Assembly: GCA_963528245.1 (NCBI GenBank)
Contig: CAURWB010000004.1
Coordinates: forward strand, 774 to 64,773
DNA: 64,000 nt
Reading direction: 5' to 3'
Source of the DNA: an uncultured Campylobacter sp.
GTDB lineage: Bacteria; Campylobacterota; Campylobacteria; Campylobacterales; Campylobacteraceae
The notes below the pieces were generated by a model. It was not told where the DNA came from and searched no databases. It saw only the letters and a list, made by a program, of their open reading frames with translations. Made by a program: the position numbers and the translations under genes. Of the stretch, positions 58,007 through 64,000 are shown one piece after another; position 1 is the stretch's first letter; every line of letters begins with the position of its first letter.

Positions 58007-59290
58007 TCAGCCTCCGTACATCAGCCTCGGTAGCCAAAGCGAAATCTCCGGGATATACGTCACTAAAATAAGCCCGATAAATAGCGTCAAAGTCCACGGC
58101 AAGCACGCGACGATGACGTCTTTTAGATTCATGCCGGTTAGGCCGCTGGCGACGAATAAATTTAAGCCCACAGGCGGCGTGATCATGCCGATTTCCATAT
58201 TCACAATTAGCAGGATACCGAAGTGTACCGGATCCACGCCTAGCGCGGTTGCGATCGGTAGCAGTAGCGGCACCATGATCATAACGACCGATGAAGGCTC
58301 CATAAACTGTCCCATGATGAAAAGCAGGATGTTTACGATGATTAAAAAGCCTATCTTTCCGATATTTGCGGCTAGGATGCTATCTGCTATCGTTTGCGGG
58401 ATGTTTTCGCTAGTTAGCAGGTATGCGAACACGACCGCGTTTGCGATGATGAAAAATATCATCGCTGTCGTGATAGCAGACTCCAGGCAGATGTCCCACA
58501 GGTCTTTAAATTTGATATCTTTATATACAAATAGCGAAATAATCAGCGCATATATCGCGCTCGCCGCCGCAGCCTCGGTCGGGGTGAAAATGCCGCCGTA
58601 GATACCGCCGATAACGACTACTACGATTAACAGCGCCCAAAACGCTTTGCCGAATTTTTTTACTCGCTCGCTCCAAGGCTCGGGCGTAGTAGCTTTAAAT
58701 CCAAGCCTTTTTGCTCCGATATAAGTCTGCGCTATCATCATACCGCCTAGCATCAGCCCCGGCACCACGCCCGCCATAAATAGCTGCGCGATACTGACCT
58801 CGGCCGTCACGCCGTAAACGATCATAACGACCGAAGGCGGTATGAGGATGCCTAGAGAGCCCGCGGTCGTGATGCCGCCCACGGCGTACTCTTTTGGATA
58901 ACCCGCTTCTTTGATAGCGACGAACATGATGGAGCCTATCGCTACGACCGTAGCAGGCGAGCTACCCGAAACCGCGGCAAATATAACGCACGCAAATATC
59001 GCGCTCATCGGCAGGCCGCCAGGCAGGTGTCCGACCATGGATTTAGCAAAATCTATAATGCGTCTAGCAGAGCCGCCCTTGCTCAGTAAATTTCCGGCTA
59101 GGATAAACATCGGGATCGCCATGAGGGCAAATTTATTGATACCGTCAAAGATAAGCTGAGGTATCGTCGCGACGTCAAGATCCGTGAAAAGAAGCATCGT
59201 GATAACCGTACTGGCTCCAAGCGAAACGGCGACGGGAACGCCTATAAGCATGAGGCCAAACAGCGATATAAATAAAAATGCGATGGTCAT
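58007..59290 (-). CDS. dctM: TRAP transporter large permease
   Basis: 427 aa; 12 or more TM helices; typical DctM sequence. Confidence 0.92.
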   Translation of the reverse strand: MTIAFLFISLFGLMLIGVPVAVSLGASTVITMLLFTDLDVATIPQLIFDGINKFALMAIPMFILAGNLLSKGGSARRIIDFAKSMVGHLPGGLPMSAIFACVIFAAVSGSSPATVVAIGSIMFVAIKEAGYPKEYAVGGITTAGSLGILIPPSVVMIVYGVTAEVSIAQLFMAGVVPGLMLGGMMIAQTYIGAKRLGFKATTPEPWSERVKKFGKAFWALLIVVVVIGGIYGGIFTPTEAAAASAIYALIISLFVYKDIKFKDLWDICLESAITTAMIFFIIANAVVFAYLLTSENIPQTIADSILAANIGKIGFLIIVNILLFIMGQFMEPSSVVMIMVPLLLPIATALGVDPVHFGILLIVNMEIGMITPPVGLNLFVASGLTGMNLKDVIVACLPWTLTLFIGLILVTYIPEISLWLPRLMYGG

Positions 59291-59299
59291 AGGCTCTCC

Positions 59300-59842
59300 T
59301 TAGCTTTTCTTGACCGAGTCGCGTATCATCTCGGCTTCGTTATTTACGATGACTTTATCCGAAGGCGTCATAGCGATCTGGTAAATTTTCTCTCCGGCGC
59401 GGTAGCTGGCACCCAAAAACGCTATCGGAAGCACTAGCATCGGCACCCACTGCGGCACGCCTAAATCCACGCTCATGAAATCAAGCTCGATCATCACCTG
59501 CAGATACTGCACGCTATAAACTACGATAAACATCAAAAATACCGTCGTTAGGATGTTTGCGAAGATGAGATAGGCCTTGGCGATAGGAGCGGGAAATCTC
59601 TCGATCAAAATCGTAACCGAGATATGTATGCCTTTTCTAAAACCGTAAGCAGCGGCAAAAAACGCCGACCAGATAAAAAGATAGTTGGTTAGCTCGCCCG
59701 CCCAGGACCAGCCCGTGTTAAAGCAGTATCTCATCACTACGTTAACAAAGGCTAGCAGCGTGCCTGCGGCGATGCCTAGCACCGCTACGGTTTTGTTTAC
59801 CGAGGCGATGCCGACATCTAAAATCTCAAAAAATTTACCCAT
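59300..59842 (-). CDS. dctQ: TRAP transporter small permease
   Basis: 180 aa; 4 TM; lies between dctP and dctM. Confidence 0.88.
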   Translation of the reverse strand: MGKFFEILDVGIASVNKTVAVLGIAAGTLLAFVNVVMRYCFNTGWSWAGELTNYLFIWSAFFAAAYGFRKGIHISVTILIERFPAPIAKAYLIFANILTTVFLMFIVVYSVQYLQVMIELDFMSVDLGVPQWVPMLVLPIAFLGASYRAGEKIYQIAMTPSDKVIVNNEAEMIRDSVKKS

Positions 59843-59848
59843 AAAAGC

Positions 59849-60847
59849 CTACTTCGTATTTATCGTTTTTTCTATCAAATCTTGACCGATCACGTTGTAG
59901 AAGTTAGGATAAATCGGCTTCATAGCCTCTGCCCATTTGCCCTTTTGATCGGCATTTAGCTCAATGATCTCAAGCTTTTTGCTTTCGCCGGCAAATTTTT
60001 TAAGCTCGCTTAAAATATGCTCTTCTTCTTTGGCCGTCTCTTCGCGCTCATAAGCCGTAGCCTCTTTTAGAGCTTGCGTTACGTGAGCCTTCATATCATC
60101 AGGCAAGCCTTTCCAAAATTTCTCGCTCATAACGACTAAATATCCCAAATATCCGTGGCCTGATAGCGTTAGAGAGCTTTGCGCCTCGTAAAATTTGGAG
60201 TTGTAGAAGTTTGATAGCGGGTTTTCGGTCGCATCGACTACGCCTTGTTGAAGGGCCGGATAAACCTCCGAAAACGGCAATACTTGCGGGTTGCCGCCCA
60301 CGACTTTGATCTGCTCTTCAAGCACTTTTGAGCTTTGGATGCGGAATTTTTGTCCCTTAGCGTCCGCAGGCTCTACGATAGGCTTTTTGCTCGAGCTAAA
60401 GTGTTTAAATCCTGCGTCCCAAAAATCAAGCGCGATGAAGCCTTTTTTAGCGATCATATCTTTTAGAGCTTGTCCGACTTCGCCGTCTTGAACAGCGTAA
60501 AGATGAGCGTTGTCTCTAAAGATAAACGGCAGATCAAATAGCTGAAACTGCGGCACTATCGGCGTAAATTTAGAAAAACTAGGCGCCGCCATCTGTACGT
60601 TACCCAGCTTTAGCGCAGCAAAAACTCTATCATCGTCCATTAGCGATGCGGCCGGATATACCTCGACTTTGATCGCTCCGCCACTAAGCTCGCCGACTCG
60701 TTTCGCAAAAAAATCGGCAGCCTTGCCTTTTGGCGTAGAGGCGGCCACGACGTGGGCAAATTTGATCGTGTATGTTTTGCCTGCGGCAAACGCGCTTCCG
60801 GCCAGCGCGCAAGAAAGAAGCAGTGCGGAAAGTAACTTAATTTTCAT
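59849..60847 (-). CDS. dctP: TRAP transporter substrate-binding protein
   Basis: 332 aa; signal peptide; DctP-family sequence. Confidence 0.9.
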   Translation of the reverse strand: MKIKLLSALLLSCALAGSAFAAGKTYTIKFAHVVAASTPKGKAADFFAKRVGELSGGAIKVEVYPAASLMDDDRVFAALKLGNVQMAAPSFSKFTPIVPQFQLFDLPFIFRDNAHLYAVQDGEVGQALKDMIAKKGFIALDFWDAGFKHFSSSKKPIVEPADAKGQKFRIQSSKVLEEQIKVVGGNPQVLPFSEVYPALQQGVVDATENPLSNFYNSKFYEAQSSLTLSGHGYLGYLVVMSEKFWKGLPDDMKAHVTQALKEATAYEREETAKEEEHILSELKKFAGESKKLEIIELNADQKGKWAEAMKPIYPNFYNVIGQDLIEKTINTK

Positions 60848-61203
60848 CTGTGATCCTTTTTAAAAGATTAGCTAATTCAGCTAGGTGCAATTATAATTCA
60901 TAAAAAAGCGGCTGCGTGAAAATGTTTCGACTTTTTGCAATAAATTTCAAATTTATGTGTAGATAAGTAACAATATCTCAAATTTGACCGTCAAATTTGA
61001 GTGCAAGCCAAGGTAAAATATAACGCTAAAAAGATTAAATGTTACGAAAATACACATTATTTTTGTCAAATTTGATATTTTCGCGCGGCGAAACGAATAA
61101 AATTTGATAAAACGGAAGCATCGGCGGGTTTGTTTGCGCGTTAATAAATTAATTACTATTTTATTGCTATAATACGGATAAATTTTATTACAAAGGAAAA
61201 ATT

Positions 61204-61854
61204 ATGTTTGAACTTAGAAAACTGCCTTTCGATCCGAAAGCAAATGCCGTCGTAAGCGAGGAAACCTGTAGCTACCACCACGGCAAACACCACCAAACCT
61301 ATGTCAATAACCTAAATAATTTGATAAAAGGTACCGAGTTTGAGGGCGCTAGCCTCTTTGATATATTAGTAAAAAGCTCAGGCGGCGTGTTTAACAACGC
61401 AGCTCAAGTCTATAACCACGACTTTTACTGGGATTGCATCGCGAAAAAAAGCCTAATGAGCGACGAGCTAAAGGCGCGCCTAGAAAAAGATATTCCAAAT
61501 TTTAAAGAGGAGTTTTTAAAAGCTGCTACTACGCTTTTTGGCTCTGGCTGGGCGTGGCTGGTCTATAATCCAAAAGAGGATAAACTACAAATCGTACAAA
61601 CTAGCAACGCGCAAACTCCGGTAACGGACGGTCTTGTGCCGCTTCTAGTCGCGGACGTTTGGGAGCACGCATACTACGTCGATCACAGAAATGCGCGCCC
61701 TGCGTATTTGGAGAAGTTGTTTGAAAATATCAACTGGGATTTCGTCTCGAGCGCTTACGAGTGGGCGCTAAAAGAGGGGCTAAATTCGGTTAAATTTTAC
61801 GTTTCCGAGCTTCACGGCGGCGCGAAATCTTGCTGCGGTTGCGGCTGCCATTAA
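61204..61854 (+). CDS. sodB: Fe/Mn superoxide dismutase with a Cys-rich C-terminal tail
   Basis: 216 aa; HHGKHH and DVWEHAYY metal-ligand motifs; tail HGGAKSCCGCGCH. Confidence 0.95.
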   Translation: MFELRKLPFDPKANAVVSEETCSYHHGKHHQTYVNNLNNLIKGTEFEGASLFDILVKSSGGVFNNAAQVYNHDFYWDCIAKKSLMSDELKARLEKDIPNFKEEFLKAATTLFGSGWAWLVYNPKEDKLQIVQTSNAQTPVTDGLVPLLVADVWEHAYYVDHRNARPAYLEKLFENINWDFVSSAYEWALKEGLNSVKFYVSELHGGAKSCCGCGCH

Positions 61855-62042
61855 TGCCAAAAATTCGCTGATATTGCGAGTTTTTAGGTGCAGCCATAAA
61901 TTTGTGGCGGCTTATTTTTCTAAATAAGCGTAAGTCCGCGAGTAAACTTAGCTTTGAACGAGGACTCCTTCTTGGCTAAGTTTACTTTATATAAACTATT
62001 TTGAAGTAATATTCGAGTCTCATTTCACAAAAAAGGACGAAA

Positions 62043-62408
62043 ATGAAGAAGTTTTTAGTTTCATCTTTGGCGGCTTTTGCTGCAGTTGCTATGCTTAGCG
62101 GTTGCCACGCGCACAAAAGCGAGAGCGCAAACAAAGCACAAATCACCAAATCAGAAGCTGAAGTGATTAAATTTACGGGCGTAAACGACCCGAAATATGT
62201 CGTTAGACTAAGCTCTACCGATAAATTTAACACAGCCCTGCTAGAAGACAGCAAAGGTCACAAAATCAACCTTAAAAACGCAGTCACGGCAAGCGGCGTA
62301 AGACTAGCGAACGACGATATCGGTACAGAGATAACGTTTAAACGCGGCGAAGGTATCCTAAACCTTGCAAAAGGCGGCGAGGATATTTTCTTAAGATACG
62401 ACGAATAA
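62043..62408 (+). CDS. Small lipoprotein, MliC-like (lysozyme-inhibitor fold) candidate
   Basis: 121 aa; lipobox LSGC; TASGVRL...ITFKRGEGIL resembles the MliC SASGARY...FWSKGDEA motif. Confidence 0.45.
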   Translation: MKKFLVSSLAAFAAVAMLSGCHAHKSESANKAQITKSEAEVIKFTGVNDPKYVVRLSSTDKFNTALLEDSKGHKINLKNAVTASGVRLANDDIGTEITFKRGEGILNLAKGGEDIFLRYDE

Positions 62409-62415
62409 AAACTTT

Positions 62416-62436
62416 CCCGCCGAATTTTACGGCGGG
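62416..62436 (+). terminator. GC-rich hairpin after the lipoprotein gene
   Basis: CCCGCCG aatttta CGGCGGG; no clear T-run on the plus strand. Confidence 0.4.
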
Positions 62437-62752
62437 GCTCTCTCCTGCTCAAATTTATCAAATTTAACTCCCGCAAAATCTCGTCAAATTTGAACTTTCG
62501 CTTGCTTTTCATCTTTCTTTCAAATTTGCTCAAATTTAATATCTCTTATCAAAAATGGCTTTGTATTAAATTTTAATAGCCCTCTATAAAATGCCCAAAT
62601 ATACGCGATTTAAAAGTGATTTTAAACTTAAAAATGACATTTTTAAAATGCCCGGAGAGCAAATTTCGGTCACTAAATTTTAAGCCAACTTTGCTAAAGC
62701 ATTAGATATACTTCCGAAATTTTTTGTTAAAAAGTAGCTGGAGGGCGGGTGG

Positions 62753-64000
62753 ATGAAATTTATATTAAAGCGTGATGGAACAAGACAAGAATACCTCCCG
62801 TATAAAATCCAAGACGCCATCAAAAAAGCCTTTGAAAGCGAGTCCAAAGAGTACGACGACAAGGTCTTTTTAGACGTGATGGGGCACGTGTTTGACAGCG
62901 AAGTTTTGAGCGTCGAGGACGTGCAAGACTACATCGAAAAGGCGCTTTTTAACGCGGGACACTTCGACGTGATGAAGAGCTTTATGCTCTACCGCCACAC
63001 GCACAAGCTTCAGCGCGAGCAAATTTTAGGACTAAACGAAGATACGACCTACATCAACTCCACCCAAACGATCAGCGAGTACATCAACGGTACCGACTGG
63101 CGCATCCTGGCTAACTCAAATACCAGCTACTCAAACGCGGGTCTCATCAACAACACCGCAGGCAAGGTCATCGCCAACTACTGGCTAGATAAGGTGTATA
63201 GTAAAGAAGAGGGCCTCGCGCACCGAAACGGCGACTATCACATCCACGACCTAGACTGCCTCACGGGCTACTGCGCAGGCTGGAGCCTTAGGGCGCTTTT
63301 AAACGAGGGTTTTAACGGCGTGCGCGGCAGGGTCGAGAGCAAGGCGCCCAAGCACTTCCGCGAAGCGCTATATCAAATGGCGAATTTCTTAGGAATTTTA
63401 CAAAGCGAGTGGGCGGGCGCGCAGGCGTTTAGCAGCTTTGACACCTATCTTGCGCCTTACGTTTTCCGCGACAAGCTAAGCAATAAAGAGATCAAAAAGG
63501 CGATAACGAGCTTTATCTTTAACCTAAACGTGCCGGCTCGTTGGGGCCAGAGTCCGTTTACTAACGTAACGATCGACATCACCTGCCCGTCCGATCTGCG
63601 CGACCAGATACCTACGCGCGAGGATAGGCATATATTTAGCGATCTAGAGGATGAGGGGCTTGCTAAGGAGGCCGCCAAACGCGGCTTTAACAAGCTAACC
63701 GATATGACCTACCGAGCCTTTGAGCCCGAGATGAACCGCATCGACAAGGCGTTTTACGAGATTATGACCGAGGGCGACAAGTGCTCGCAACCATTTACTT
63801 TCCCGATACCTACCGTAAATATCACCGAGGATTTCGACTGGGACAGCGAGGTGGCGAAGGTGCTTTTTGAAAACACGGCAAAAATGGGCTCGAGCTATTT
63901 TCAAAATTTCGTCGGCAGCCAGTATACGACCGATGAAAACGGCAACCGCGTCGCAAACGACAAGGCCTATAAGCCGGGCCACGTGCGCTCGATGTGCTGC
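62753..64000 (+). CDS. nrdD: Anaerobic ribonucleoside-triphosphate reductase (5' partial, runs off the window)
   Basis: Open frame from the ATG at 62753 to the window end (416 codons); N-terminal ATP-cone (MKFILKRDGTRQEY), then NrdD-like sequence. Absent from the track because there is no stop. Confidence 0.85.
   Translation, partial: MKFILKRDGTRQEYLPYKIQDAIKKAFESESKEYDDKVFLDVMGHVFDSEVLSVEDVQDYIEKALFNAGHFDVMKSFMLYRHTHKLQREQILGLNEDTTYINSTQTISEYINGTDWRILANSNTSYSNAGLINNTAGKVIANYWLDKVYSKEEGLAHRNGDYHIHDLDCLTGYCAGWSLRALLNEGFNGVRGRVESKAPKHFREALYQMANFLGILQSEWAGAQAFSSFDTYLAPYVFRDKLSNKEIKKAITSFIFNLNVPARWGQSPFTNVTIDITCPSDLRDQIPTREDRHIFSDLEDEGLAKEAAKRGFNKLTDMTYRAFEPEMNRIDKAFYEIMTEGDKCSQPFTFPIPTVNITEDFDWDSEVAKVLFENTAKMGSSYFQNFVGSQYTTDENGNRVANDKAYKPGHVRSMCC

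Noticed and set aside
58113-58601. 162-aa ORF antisense to dctM
   Set aside because: It is a shadow ORF inside a clearly recognisable TRAP permease gene.
63457-63982. 78-aa and 95-aa minus-strand ORFs near the window end
   Set aside because: They are antisense to the open nrdD frame, which shows an ATP-cone and NrdD-like sequence.

Overview
This segment looks like a non-jejuni Campylobacter chromosome (Campylobacterota). That assignment rests on recalled protein sequences and synteny, not on a search: rnhA-rnc-aroC; an S10-spc-alpha ribosomal superoperon lacking rpmD and adk; ybaB-PDZ-ispA...tkt; pyrE-frr-secG-BI1-canB-mscS. Core content at 11.1-25.3 kb is 25 ribosomal protein genes plus secY, map, infA and rpoA. 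The flanks carry dnaG, RNases HI/III/HII, aroC, murE, panD, ispA, tkt, thiD, pyrE, frr, secG, sodB, a DctPQM TRAP transporter, a PAS-GGDEF cyclase, one tRNA-Ser(GGA) and the 5' part of nrdD. I saw no transposase, integrase, CRISPR array or recognisable defence gene set. The strongest unexplained signal is not a gene. The palindromic hexamer AAATTT (often TCAAATTTGA) is packed into arrays in almost every intergenic spacer, for example 12 copies in 187 bp. These arrays make the spacers unusually long, split the spc operon between rpsH and rplF, and appear translated in frame inside aroC and at the 5' end of the ispA ORF. Other points worth follow-up: a T8-A9-G9 tract abutting a -10 box upstream of a Sel1-repeat gene; a C12 tract; single-base T-run frameshifts in uppP and the Sel1 gene; a 3-gene insertion (two paralogous 8-repeat secreted proteins) between ispA and tkt; an orphan soluble T4SS-coupling-protein-like ATPase; twin metallophosphoesterases next to the tRNA; a 49-aa hyper-acidic Tyr-rich ORF missed by the ORF track; and a textbook sigma-28 promoter in front of an unknown 375-aa protein. 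All calls come from reading the sequence and the ORF translations. Counts were made by eye, no database search was run, and function calls rest on recognised motifs.
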